A DNA stretch of 64,000 nucleotides from an uncultured candidate division Zixibacteria bacterium (GCA_963817915.1 CAWFQL010000016.1:64001-128000); one strand, 5' to 3'. Shown: positions 33,701 through 43,730, counted from the stretch's first letter. Program-made: numbers and translations. The notes: generated from the sequence alone by a model not told the origin.

Positions 33701-36372
33701 ATGATAACGCCGGATTCGATGGCGGAATATTCCAGACAAATGGCGAATTGATATTGCCATTAAGAGTGACGAATCTATTCTGAATAAATTCATATCCGAG
33801 GTTGACATTGGCGGTGATTGGCGGGCCGGATGGATTATTGAAAACCAGCGCGCCCGTTCCTTCGAGAAGAATTGATTGGGAGCTTTGATTTACGCTGAAT
33901 GTTAAATTCGAATTAGTAATTATGGCAGACAATATGCCCACATGAAGCGAGCAGGCAGGCACAATATTCTGGACAGTCCCTGATAGTCCGCCCCTGCCCG
34001 ACAGTGCGATAGTAGTATTAAAGAGATCCAGGCTTTGGCTATCGGGAGAACAATTGAAAGCCGAGGGAAGATCCAGCTTTCCTTTGATTCTAACGTCGGG
34101 AGAGATATTGAAATTCCCGCCGCTGAAACTTGCGCCCAACGCTCCCGATATTTCGGTGATCTTCATGCCAAAATCCGGCGTAATTGGAAGACGCAATCCG
34201 GGAGAAGTGAATGTTATTGGAGTTAGTGTCGCGCTAAAAGCGCCATCGGTAAACGAAGCATTTTGAATGCTTATATTCGGATTTCGAAGTTCTATCGGAC
34301 AGCCAGACGGTAGATTTGGCAGATTCATATTGAAATCGAACGCAAAATTCAGATTGCTTGGCGATCCGGGTTGCCAGGTCAGCCAATCAAATGATGAAGC
34401 CGGCATTCTGAATCCGGTCAGGCCAAGAGAAAAATCGCCAAATTGTATCGGCGGCAGATTGATAGATGAAAGATTAATATCAGGCAGATGAAAGCCATCG
34501 GGGCCGAATGTGACGCCGTCTATTGTCGGCAATTCCAGGCTGTCAAGTTCCGGGAACTCAAACGCGAGACTTAATCCAAGAGCGAAATTCCAATTATTGT
34601 TGGCGTACGACAGCGAAGAAAGCGACAAATTGCTGATTGCTAATTTTACCCAGCCCAGATCAATCGGAGAAAGCTGTATGTCACCGCGCGGCGTGAACGA
34701 TTGGACACTTATACCGCTTTGCTGTAAACGTAGGACAATATCCGCCCCGATATTGGTGGAATCATCGGGATGAAAATCAAGACCACCGGTTGCAAGTATA
34801 TCAAAGGTCACGTTGTTGTTCAGGAAGCTGGCGGAAAAATCGCCTGTCAATCCATTGAGATTGAGCATGAATCGATTGGAATTTGGGACCAACGGAATCG
34901 ATGATGTCCCAGTACAGGTCACATGGCTCGAAATTGAGCCGTCATCGGCGAGAGTGAAATTCGAAAGCTCACATTGTGTCGGTGTTCCGAAGAGTTCAAG
35001 CACACCGTCAAATTGAACAACCGGATTCGAAAAATGCACTGTTGCGCGCGTAATTCTCAGTCGATTTGGGGCTTCTCCTAATGTGACAATTGGAGAGGAC
35101 GGCGATCCGCTGATTGTAGCGTCGCCTGACAATCCGGTTCGCAATAAACGAATCTGCCCCTCCAATTGAAATGGACCGGCGCCATTCGGTAATGTCAAGT
35201 CTCCACTTACGTTGACATTGCCGGGCGGCGTGAAATTAATCTCATGTGGATGAAAATACTGGCCGGTCAGAGACGGCGGGATATCGCTTGCCGAAACAGA
35301 GGCACTGATATTGCCTGAAATAAATGTCGGAGGAGCGTAATTACCCTTTTGCACCTGCAGATCGGTTACGCTGGCGGTTACAGTAACTTGAGAACCATCG
35401 GGCAGATGAAGCAACAATGAAGCAGTACCATTTAATGTATAATAGCCGCCATCATCCTGGGCGGTGAGCGAAGCGACATTAATTAAGAATACCGAATTTT
35501 GCTCGAGTTCGAGCATTTCGAATGGCAGTCCGCCGTCCTGGCCTCCCCCACCAGTTCCATAGAAAAATGACCATATTTCACTTTGGCCATTATTGGATGT
35601 GGGCGCAGCGCCGGATGTGTCAGTAGCAGTAATTTGCCAGACATATTCTTTGCCATTTTCGAACGCCAGCCCATCCTGTGGATAGGTGTAGACGCTCATC
35701 GGACCGACAATATCGGCTTCATGATGGGGATAGTTTGATTCTATGGCCCGGTTCAATGTTTGCCCGGGCAAACGCTCAACAATCTTCAGATGATAATTTA
35801 TGGGGTATTGAGGTGGGACAATAACCGGAGTCCATTGAAATGTAGGATATTGAATATTGACATTAGAGCCGTTCATGGGGAAAATCAGTTGGGGCGGATC
35901 AGGATAAATCACGTTCATCGTATTGCAGGCCTCGGCCAATTGCGAACCCGCGGCGCTCATTACTCTGATACAAAATTGATATTCACCCTCCGGTAATCGT
36001 CCAGTTCTTATCGCCAAATCCCGCAAGGCCTGATTATAGGAGATATTCTCCCAAGCCATAAATTGAGAGCCGGAGAAATATCTGGGTATGCGGTCCGGCA
36101 GGAAAGTCTACAGTGATGCTCTGAGATGAAAATGCATCCGGATAACGGGAGGAGCTGACATTGACCATAAAATAAATCTGGGCCGGCGTAGAGCCGTTGT
36201 ATGTCAAAGTCAGAGAAGCCAGATTCGGATCACGCTCGATATCATTAAAATACGGACTGGGAAATGGCGTAATAAAAAGCGTCGCATTCCAGTTGGCATC
36301 CTGAGCGTATACTGATAGCGGCAGGACTAATAGTACAAAGGCAAATAGCAATAACCTTTTGAAATCTTTCAT
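24787..36372 (-). CDS. Giant exported protein (~3,860 aa): TANFOR-like N-terminus, duplicated beta-rich region, helical segment, FN3-like C-terminus; split by indels near 36075 and 29820
   Basis: Signal peptide MKDFKRLLLFAFVLLVLPLSVYAQ; ORFs 36034-36387, 29814-36059 and 24787-29748 join through open alternative frames (IFSGSQFMAW; LKVEGFVKLPAPADTTRQLFNFQVTK); downstream pieces have no signal peptide. Confidence 0.8.
30670..35020 (-). repeat. Intragenic tandem duplication, period 2175 nt (725 aa)
   Basis: IPLVPNS (34898) vs IPIVPNS (32723) and LPERLPLP..SIAYL (33194) vs MPERIPLP..SIAYL (31019) are both exactly 2175 nt apart; boundaries approximate. Confidence 0.85.
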
Positions 36373-36970
36373 GGCGCTGACCCTCACGTATTTATTTCAA
36401 CCTTGGGATATTTATCGATGTAATTCTATATGAATAAAAAGCGAAATCTTCCGCGCATAAGAGTGTTTGCATTTTGTTTATTGGTGTCGACATAATTCGA
36501 GCGACAATATCAAAGAATTTGAGAGATAATAAATTCTCCAAGTAATGATAATTATTATCAATGACATAATTGACAAAACCATTCAAGCTCTTGCGGCGGC
36601 AGGTGTTTGTCTTATCTTTAATGTTGTTATTATTTAAATATTTGAAAAATAATATACAGAAATTTATAATGCTCTCCCCTTTTTCCCAATGAACGTGCCT
36701 TATGATGACAGAGATCGAACTCAAATAGCCAATATTTATTCAACTTGTGATCGCTAATAAACAAATGCAATCAGCGTAGTTAGTATAATCTGTAATATAT
36801 TCTTGTCAATAGAATAATATGGAACCATATGGCTTTTAATGCAAAATAGTATCCTATTTCCAGAATGAGTTTAACACGAAGCAATATGGACTATGGAGTC
36901 GTTCCACGATAAACACTATCTCGCCAAATAGTTATGGTAAGTAGCATGCTTTCATCGTAAAAGAGGTTCA

Positions 36971-37069
36971 ATGATAACAATTTATGGGGGGCTATTTGCG
37001 CTTATCTGCTCGCTGGTCATCGTAATTGTCGTGGAATCAATATACGCCAGGTCGGGCAATATTAAATAG
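36971..37069 (+). CDS. Putative 32-aa single-TM small protein
   Basis: AAGAGG RBS; MITIYGGLFALICSLVIVIVVESIYARSGNIK*. Confidence 0.4.
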   Translation: MITIYGGLFALICSLVIVIVVESIYARSGNIK

Positions 37070-37209
37070 ATAAGCCTTTAATCGAAACACAACTTTGGCT
37101 TTTTTACCTTCCTGCAGGAACATATTGGGGAATTATACCAGTTTCGAATTCATATGCTGATGATGACAATGAGTATAGTTCAATAATCTTAACAACTGGA
37201 GAAAATAGA

Positions 37210-37890
37210 ATGAAATCCAAAGCCCTAGTCATGATCTTAATGTCGGCCCTTCTGCTTATGGGAGCATGCGCCAAGAAAAAGCAGGAGACCACATCGAAAA
37301 CAAGTTCAATAGAAGAATCCAAGCCTATCGAAAATCAGGAGACACCTCCCCCACCGCCTGCCGAAATTGCCATCCTGACTATCCCGGAATCAACTCCACT
37401 ATTGGTTACTCTATCAGATACTCTTCAAACCAACGAAAATAAAGTCGGCGATCATGTCGCCGCGAATCTGGCCAATTCAATTGCAGTCTCCGGAAAAACA
37501 GTATTTCTCCAAGGAGCTTCGGTTGATTTGGTAATTACAAAGCTGGTTAAGGGCGGGACATTGAAGACTCCTCCTGAAATCGCATTTACAATCAAGGATA
37601 TCACTCTTCCCGATGGCAATAGAATCCCGATTTCCGCGAGCGAAATATATCAAAAGGGACGTAGCCATACCAAACGAGAAGTGGGTATGATCGGCGGCGG
37701 CGCGGCGGCAGGCGCAATTGTTGGGGGCTTATTGGGCAAAGGCAAAGGCGCGGCGATTGGCGCCGTCGCGGGTGCGGCGGCAGGTACGGGCGCGGCCGCA
37801 GCCACCGGACGGCAAAATTTGATTTATCTTCCTGGGGAATCAATGAAATTCACTCTCACGCAACCCGTGACAATAACAGAGTCACGTTAG
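37210..37890 (+). CDS. Lipoprotein with glycine-zipper motif
   Basis: Lipobox LLMGAC; Pro-rich linker; IGGGAAAGAIVGGLLGKGKGAAIGAVAGAAAG. Confidence 0.8.
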   Translation: MKSKALVMILMSALLLMGACAKKKQETTSKTSSIEESKPIENQETPPPPPAEIAILTIPESTPLLVTLSDTLQTNENKVGDHVAANLANSIAVSGKTVFLQGASVDLVITKLVKGGTLKTPPEIAFTIKDITLPDGNRIPISASEIYQKGRSHTKREVGMIGGGAAAGAIVGGLLGKGKGAAIGAVAGAAAGTGAAAATGRQNLIYLPGESMKFTLTQPVTITESR

Positions 37891-37918
37891 CGATTTTTAG
37901 GCAAATAGGCAGAAATCG

Positions 37919-37944
37919 TCAGCCAGAGGTCAACTTCTGGCTGA
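37919..37944 (+). terminator. Hairpin after lipoprotein gene
   Basis: TCAGCCAGAGGT-CA-ACTTCTGGCTGA. Confidence 0.5.
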
Positions 37945-37953
37945 ATATATCGC

Positions 37954-38022
37954 CATTAAACATTAAAATACATCAGAAAACATAAGAAAATACTTGCATT
38001 TCGCCTTATACACTATTATATT
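37954..38022 (+). promoter_or_regulatory. Sigma70 promoter preceded by 10-bp-phased direct repeats
   Basis: CATTAAAATA/CATCAGAAAA/CATAAGAAAA at 37961, 37971, 37981; TTGCAT (37994)-17nt-TATATT (38017). Confidence 0.6.
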
Positions 38023-38056
38023 ATCCCGGTAGCATAAAACTATTCGGGAGGTATCA

Positions 38057-38851
38057 ATGGGATTAGGCAGGCTGTTTTCATCGGAAAATTTTCCTTCGCT
38101 TGTGAATTCCGAGGAATTTTATGAAAAGATAATTTCTGCGAAGGACACCGGGAATAGGATCTTCAGCCAGATTTTGCTGATGAGTTTGTTTTTATTTTTG
38201 TATGGCCTGGTAATGGGAGCTTATCAAGGGCTCGCTCAAGCTGTCACGTCGGGCATAAAGGTCGCATTATTGTATTCGCTGGCACTGCTGATCTGTTTCC
38301 CGGCATTTTTTATTATCCAGTATATTTTGGGCTCGAAACTCAAGCTCCATCAGATGGTTTCGATATTACTTTCTGGATTTGTTCTGATGGCGTCGATCAT
38401 GCTGTCTTTCGTGCCGATTGTAATCATCTTTCTTTTGACAGGAAGCAACTATTACTTTCTGCATCTTTTGCACGTAGCGATATTTTTATTCGCAGGCATT
38501 TTCGGAATGAATACGATTGTACAGGCGTTGAAATATTCATGCGAAAAGAAAAATGTGTATCCTAAAACCGGAGTCGTGGTTTTCCGTTTCTGGGTAATCA
38601 TATTGGCGTTTGTGGGGATTCAGCTGGCCTGGAATTTCAGACCGTTCTTGGGAGTAAAGGGCGAACCGTTTATGCTCTTTGGACAACGAGAGGGAAATTT
38701 CTACGCGGCGATGATTAATTCCATCAATCAATTAGTACACCCTAATAGCCAGACCCCCGAAACCAAGCAGGATGAAAATTCGAAGGAATACCCGCCATTG
38801 GACACGCTTAAGATGAGACAGCTATTTGGAGACAGCCTTCATGGAAACTGA
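38057..38851 (+). CDS. 5-TM membrane protein (Yip1-like topology, conserved VG.QL.W..RPF.G...EGNFY)
   Basis: Hydrophobic segments; motif recalled from a conserved hypothetical family. Confidence 0.7.
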   Translation: MGLGRLFSSENFPSLVNSEEFYEKIISAKDTGNRIFSQILLMSLFLFLYGLVMGAYQGLAQAVTSGIKVALLYSLALLICFPAFFIIQYILGSKLKLHQMVSILLSGFVLMASIMLSFVPIVIIFLLTGSNYYFLHLLHVAIFLFAGIFGMNTIVQALKYSCEKKNVYPKTGVVVFRFWVIILAFVGIQLAWNFRPFLGVKGEPFMLFGQREGNFYAAMINSINQLVHPNSQTPETKQDENSKEYPPLDTLKMRQLFGDSLHGN

Positions 38852-39071
38852 TATCATGACATTGGAAGAAGTTGCGGCATACCTCAAGGTCACGCCACAG
38901 ACAATCTATACCTGGGCGCAGGAAAAACGAATCCCTGCCGCCAAGCTTGGCAAGGAATGGCGATTCAAAAAATCGATAATCGATAAATGGTTTTCGGGCC
39001 ATTTTGATTTGAAATTCAAAGATATAGTTGACCAGGTAGAAAACAATAAAACCACAGGCAACGAAAATTAA
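38841..39071 (+). CDS. Excisionase/BldC-like HTH_17 DNA-binding protein
   Basis: MTLEEVAAYLKVTPQTIYTWAQEKRIPAAKLGKEWRF. Confidence 0.9.
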   Translation: METDIMTLEEVAAYLKVTPQTIYTWAQEKRIPAAKLGKEWRFKKSIIDKWFSGHFDLKFKDIVDQVENNKTTGNEN

Positions 39072-39089
39072 ATTACCTGTCAATTCTTT

Positions 39090-40280
39090 CTACTTTGCCG
39101 ATTTATTTTTATTCTTCAGCTTGTTCAATAATCGTTCTAATTCCGCAGTATAGCTTTCATTAGTGGAGTCTTGCTCGGATGCCAACTCCATAGTTTTGGT
39201 GGCATCGTTCAGATTTCCTTGGGCCTCGTAGATACCGGATAAGGTATTCAGTACAGTCGCTCTCAGTTTTCCCGCGGAGGCTCGATCCACAGCCTGACGA
39301 GCATAATTTTCGGCTTCAATTAAATTAATATTTCTTTCCAGACACCATTTGGAGAATCCAAAATATTTTTCGGGATTCTTCTGCCATTCAGGGCCAAGAC
39401 TTGTCTTACGCAGATTTATGGCCTTTGTCGTATCTTTTTCGATATATAAAGCTTGATCGGCGAGATAGATCGCATGGCGTTCCTTGGACATATTATCTGA
39501 AGCCGCATTAGTGATATCTATCCCGGCCTGCAAGTACCTGGCTATATCCGCGGTTCGACCGACTTTCCGCGCGACCATAGTCATAGTGCGGGCAACATTG
39601 GTGATAGCATTGGCATCTTTGCTTTTCGTTTTCAATACTTTGTCGGCGGCACTTATCAACTGACTGAACTTCATTGTGCCTTTCCAGACGGCGTCGCCGG
39701 TGTTCTGGAAAATTTCGTAGCTGTAACCAACAGATTTATTCGTCTGCAGAGTCTGCGCCTGATTATAAAACTCCACTGCTTTGGCATTCTCGCCGATTTC
39801 ATAATTATATCCGGCGAGGAAGAGAGCATTGTCAAGAGAGGGCAAATTTGCCAGCCTATCGTAGCGCTGATTGATAGTTTCGAGATTTGACAGTGATTTT
39901 TTTAATGATTGAATGAACGGTCTGGCGCCAGTGTATCCTGTCCAGCGATTAATTACGCCGCCGCTGCTGTCTGTCAATACAAAGACCGGAAATGTATTGC
40001 CTATATGGTAAGGCGTGATAAGCCGTTCCCCTTCGGTCGTTTTAACGTCAATCATGCAAAAAACAGTGGATATAATAAGTGCCTTTATCGAATCGTTGGC
40101 GGCCACGTCCTTTGCGGCAGTCTGACAATAGGGGCAATCAACGCGATAGAATTCGATCAATATCGGCTTATTTTGTCGAGCCGATATCGCCTTCGCCTGA
40201 TCCAGGCTTTCGGGGCTTTGCGCGGAAAGCATTGACGACCAGGCTGTCAGTATTATCATGATTGAGAGAAATCTTTTCAT
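39090..40280 (-). CDS. Exported thioredoxin-fold protein with TPR-like C-terminus
   Basis: Signal peptide; KPILIEFY..DCPYC; TFP cis-Pro loop; helical repeats. Confidence 0.8.
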   Translation of the reverse strand: MKRFLSIMIILTAWSSMLSAQSPESLDQAKAISARQNKPILIEFYRVDCPYCQTAAKDVAANDSIKALIISTVFCMIDVKTTEGERLITPYHIGNTFPVFVLTDSSGGVINRWTGYTGARPFIQSLKKSLSNLETINQRYDRLANLPSLDNALFLAGYNYEIGENAKAVEFYNQAQTLQTNKSVGYSYEIFQNTGDAVWKGTMKFSQLISAADKVLKTKSKDANAITNVARTMTMVARKVGRTADIARYLQAGIDITNAASDNMSKERHAIYLADQALYIEKDTTKAINLRKTSLGPEWQKNPEKYFGFSKWCLERNINLIEAENYARQAVDRASAGKLRATVLNTLSGIYEAQGNLNDATKTMELASEQDSTNESYTAELERLLNKLKNKNKSAK

Positions 40281-40571
40281 TCGTACCCTTTGAAATTGAC
40301 CCTTATTTTTGACATTTGGTTCTGAGAACTGGCAAATACACCACTTTCGAAAAGAAAATGTCGCTAACGACTTAAGTCAATATGTTTAATCCATCGTATA
40401 ATGTCGATTTCTACAGATGAAAAAATGTTGTTTTTCTATTGACATTCCTTTAGAAAATCCGATAATATAATGTACGGTTGAGGAATCAACTTAGGGTAAC
40501 ATTCGAAAGGAGGCGCAAATTTATGACTAAGATAATTGAAAGAGTAATTGTATATTTGCGCTCGCGGAGGA

Positions 40572-40708
40572 GCTGTATTTAGGCATTCTGTCTGAAATAG
40601 TCTAAACAGCCTTCTCATCTGGAAGGCTTTTTATTTTTAGCCGCGGGCGTTAATAAGTCCGCGGTATTATTTTTTGATTTTCGCGGGGAAGCATTAAACG
40701 CGAAAATC
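40572..40708 (+). promoter_or_regulatory. Structured leader / attenuator upstream of rsgA
   Basis: Hairpin GCTGTATTTAGGC...GTCTAAACAGC overlapping terminator AGCCTTC-N7-GAAGGCTTTTTATTTTT, then two more hairpins (40641-40664, 40676-40708). Confidence 0.55.
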
Positions 40709-40834
40709 GCAATCTGAAATAGGAGGAAAAAATGTCGGTTATTGAAACATATTATCCAACCATTCAGGAAATTGCCAGCCGGCGTTATTTGCGCGCGGGC
40801 ACAAATGGAAATTCAAAAATGAGAGAAAATATCA

Positions 40835-41899
40835 ATGCAATTAATAGACTTGGGATGGGATTCGTTTTTCGAAGAGAATTTCGAACCATCTAAAAAGCTG
40901 AATCTTATACCGGCGAGAATTTCAAAAGAAAACAAACTCAACTACCTCGCATGGTGTGAACAAGGTGAGCTTCTTTGCGAAATTTCCGGCAAGTTTCGCC
41001 ACGAGGCCGCAAGCAAAAGTGATTTTCCGACCGTAGGTGATTGGGTGGCCATATCGGCGCGTGCCGATGAAGGCAGGGCCACGATTCACTCACTATTGCC
41101 GCGCAATAGCGCGTTTCTTCGTAAGACCGCTGGGATTGAGACTGAAGGACAGGTTGTAGCAGCTAATATCAATACTGTATTTATCGTCTGCGGCCTTGAC
41201 AATAACTTCAATCTTCGCCGGATCGAACGGTATCTGACATTAGCCTGGGAAAGCGGGGCGATACCGGTTATTCTGTTAAATAAATCCGATCTTTGCCCTT
41301 CATCGTCCGAGCGCCTCGCACTGGTGGAATCGATTGCCATGGGCGTCGATATTCATATTCTCAGCGCGACCGAAAAAACGGGATTGGAAGCGCTCGATAA
41401 ATATCTCAAACGCGGCATGACCGCGGCCTTCCTTGGCTCATCGGGTGTCGGCAAATCAACAATCATCAATTCGCTATTGGGAAATAACCGTCTCAAAGTA
41501 GGCGAGGTCCAGGATGAAGACAGCCGCGGAAGACATACAACTTCATCTCGTGAAATGATAATGCTCCCTGATAACGGTATTGTAATCGATACTCCGGGAA
41601 TGCGCGAGCTTCAATTGTGGGGCGATAGCGATGGTTTAAAACAATCGTTCGAGGATATCGAAACATTGGCAGCTAATTGTCGTTTCAGGGATTGCCACCA
41701 TCAAAAAGAACCTGGCTGCGCTGTCAGAATCGCCCTCGACGAAGGCACCCTTGATAACGGACGTTACCAAAGCTATCTAAAGCTAAAACGAGAGCTTGAG
41801 TATCTGGCGTTCAAGGAGAAGCTAAAAGCAAATTCCATAGAAAAGCTTCGTTGGAAAAAGATCAGCATGCTCATCAAGAACCTGAAAAAGGAAAGTTAG
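40835..41899 (+). CDS. rsgA: Ribosome small subunit-dependent GTPase A
   Basis: PTVGDWV, NKSD, GSSGVGKST, GRHTT, DTPG, CRFRDCHH..EPGC zinc finger. Confidence 0.95.
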   Translation: MQLIDLGWDSFFEENFEPSKKLNLIPARISKENKLNYLAWCEQGELLCEISGKFRHEAASKSDFPTVGDWVAISARADEGRATIHSLLPRNSAFLRKTAGIETEGQVVAANINTVFIVCGLDNNFNLRRIERYLTLAWESGAIPVILLNKSDLCPSSSERLALVESIAMGVDIHILSATEKTGLEALDKYLKRGMTAAFLGSSGVGKSTIINSLLGNNRLKVGEVQDEDSRGRHTTSSREMIMLPDNGIVIDTPGMRELQLWGDSDGLKQSFEDIETLAANCRFRDCHHQKEPGCAVRIALDEGTLDNGRYQSYLKLKRELEYLAFKEKLKANSIEKLRWKKISMLIKNLKKES

Positions 41900-41915
41900 A
41901 CCCACCATGCAATGA

Positions 41916-41952
41916 AGGCCGGGTATATACTACTGATACCACGGCCTTTTTT
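41916..41952 (+). terminator. Rho-independent terminator
   Basis: AAGGCCGGGTAT...ATACCACGGCCTT followed by T-run. Confidence 0.6.
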
Positions 41953-42035
41953 ATTCACGAAACGTGTTCTTACCCAACCATTTTAGACTTGCGGAGTTAT
42001 CGATTTAGTATTAAGTATTTGCGGAGGTATTACAT

Positions 42036-43031
42036 TTGCCCGCAAATCTGCCACCGCAATATTACGAGCTGGAACGAGAGTTCAATAAAGAGACCGATCT
42101 CAATGAAAAGCTGAGACTGGCCAAGGAGCTTTTGGTGATGATGCCCAAACATAAGGGCACTGATAAGCTCCAGGCCGAGATGAAATCGAAAATATCGAAG
42201 CTCAAGGCTCAGATCGAAGGCGGTGTCAAAAAAACAGCGGCCCACCATGTCGATCCATTCTCTCATATAGATAAAGAGGGAGCGGCTCAGATAATATTAA
42301 TCGGCCCGCCGAATTCCGGAAAATCTAGTATAGTTGCCAGCTGTACCCATGCCAAACCATTGATTGCCGACTATCCCTATTCAACTCTGGAACCGTTGAC
42401 CGGCATGATGGAATACGAGACTACCCAGATTCAATTGATCGATACACCGCCAATATCCGATATTCAGATGGCGACCTATCTTCCGAATCTTATCCGCCAG
42501 GCCGATATAGTGATATTGGTTTATGATCTGACTGATACGGAATGTGAAAATGGCGTGAAGACAATCACTCGGCTATTACAGGAAAAAAATATCGCCCTCT
42601 CCCCTGAATCATCTTCCGATTCGAATGATGCCCGTTACCTGTACAAGAAAACTATTATCGCCGCAACCAAATATGAGGATCCTAAGGATGAGATCGCGCT
42701 CGAGAATTTAAAGAAGTCCTATTCCGGATTTGATATTATCGCATTATCTATTTTGGATGATGAGCTTCTGGCGAATTTCAAGAAGGAAGTCTTTAAGACC
42801 TTAAATATCATTCGTGTTTTTACCAAACGAATAGGCCATGAAGCCGATTTTTCTGACCCGATTGTGTTGCCTATTGGAAGCACTGTCGGCGACGCGGCCT
42901 TTCATCTCCACAAGGATTTCGCCCATAAGCTTCAATTTGCCAAGATATGGGGCAAGGGGAAGTTCGAGGGGCAACATGTCAAAGGCAGCTTTGTCTTATC
43001 AGATGGCGATATAGTGGAATTTCATATTTGA
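42036..43031 (+). CDS. DRG/OBG-family GTPase with TGS domain
   Basis: MPANLPPQY, PKHKGTDKL, GPPNSGKSS, YPYST, DTPP, TKYE; C-terminal HKDF...AKIWG...LSDGDIVEFH. Confidence 0.9.
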   Translation: MPANLPPQYYELEREFNKETDLNEKLRLAKELLVMMPKHKGTDKLQAEMKSKISKLKAQIEGGVKKTAAHHVDPFSHIDKEGAAQIILIGPPNSGKSSIVASCTHAKPLIADYPYSTLEPLTGMMEYETTQIQLIDTPPISDIQMATYLPNLIRQADIVILVYDLTDTECENGVKTITRLLQEKNIALSPESSSDSNDARYLYKKTIIAATKYEDPKDEIALENLKKSYSGFDIIALSILDDELLANFKKEVFKTLNIIRVFTKRIGHEADFSDPIVLPIGSTVGDAAFHLHKDFAHKLQFAKIWGKGKFEGQHVKGSFVLSDGDIVEFHI

Positions 43032-43058
43032 AATTGCCCTGCTAAATACCGGATTGAA

Positions 43059-43730
43059 TCAGTTAGATATCACACAAAAGATACTCGAATCATCCACTTC
43101 GCGAATTTCATATTTTAAATTTAGACTCGATGCCAAAGCCTCGAAATTCTCCGGCCCGAAGGTTGTCGCCCGAAAACCATCCTCGCAGACTATAATTCCA
43201 TTTCCGGTTTCATTCCAATCGATTTCGCCAATAAGGCCATGATCGGCCTGTATTCGAAACCATTCCAGACGATCCTCCCAGAATTTTTCAGAATAGCTCG
43301 AAAAAAGTATTGTCCCGCCCGGCTTTGCAATTCTGATGCTCTCGCGAAACAACTCTGACGGGTCAACGTGAAATGCCGAAATGCCATTTTGGATACATAC
43401 TACGCGATCGAATGATTTGTCTTTAAATCCAAGTTGAATGGCATCCATCTGAGCCAGCGAAATAGTGGGCGATGTTTTCAGATCCTTTGAGGCTGTCCCG
43501 AGGCTTGCGAGCGAGGAATCAATTCCAATAACCTGATTTGCCTTGGATGCCAGCTTATCCAAAATTCTGCCATAACCGCAACCAAGCTCTAAGACGGTGT
43601 CGCTTGATCCAACATGATCAATAACAAATGCTATTTCAGCATTAAGGTATTGCACTACTCGCGGAGTCGCCAAATCGTAAGCCATTCGGAGACGTTCGGA
43701 TGCGAGGTTCTCTGAATAATATCCTGACAT
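43059..43730 (-). CDS. Class I SAM-dependent methyltransferase
   Basis: VLELGCGYG, GIDSS, FDRVV, KPGG. Confidence 0.9.
   Translation of the reverse strand: MSGYYSENLASERLRMAYDLATPRVVQYLNAEIAFVIDHVGSSDTVLELGCGYGRILDKLASKANQVIGIDSSLASLGTASKDLKTSPTISLAQMDAIQLGFKDKSFDRVVCIQNGISAFHVDPSELFRESIRIAKPGGTILFSSYSEKFWEDRLEWFRIQADHGLIGEIDWNETGNGIIVCEDGFRATTFGPENFEALASSLNLKYEIREVDDSSIFCVISN

Noticed and set aside
31111..35996. Numerous plus-strand ORFs of 60-150 aa
   Set aside because: Antisense to the giant gene, no protein-like features
36392..36724. 110-aa minus-strand ORF upstream of the giant gene
   Set aside because: Low-complexity AT-rich translation with no RBS or recognisable motif; probably promoter DNA
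38841..39071. Prophage or ICE implied by an excisionase-like gene
   Set aside because: No integrase, att-like repeat, tRNA or phage genes nearby
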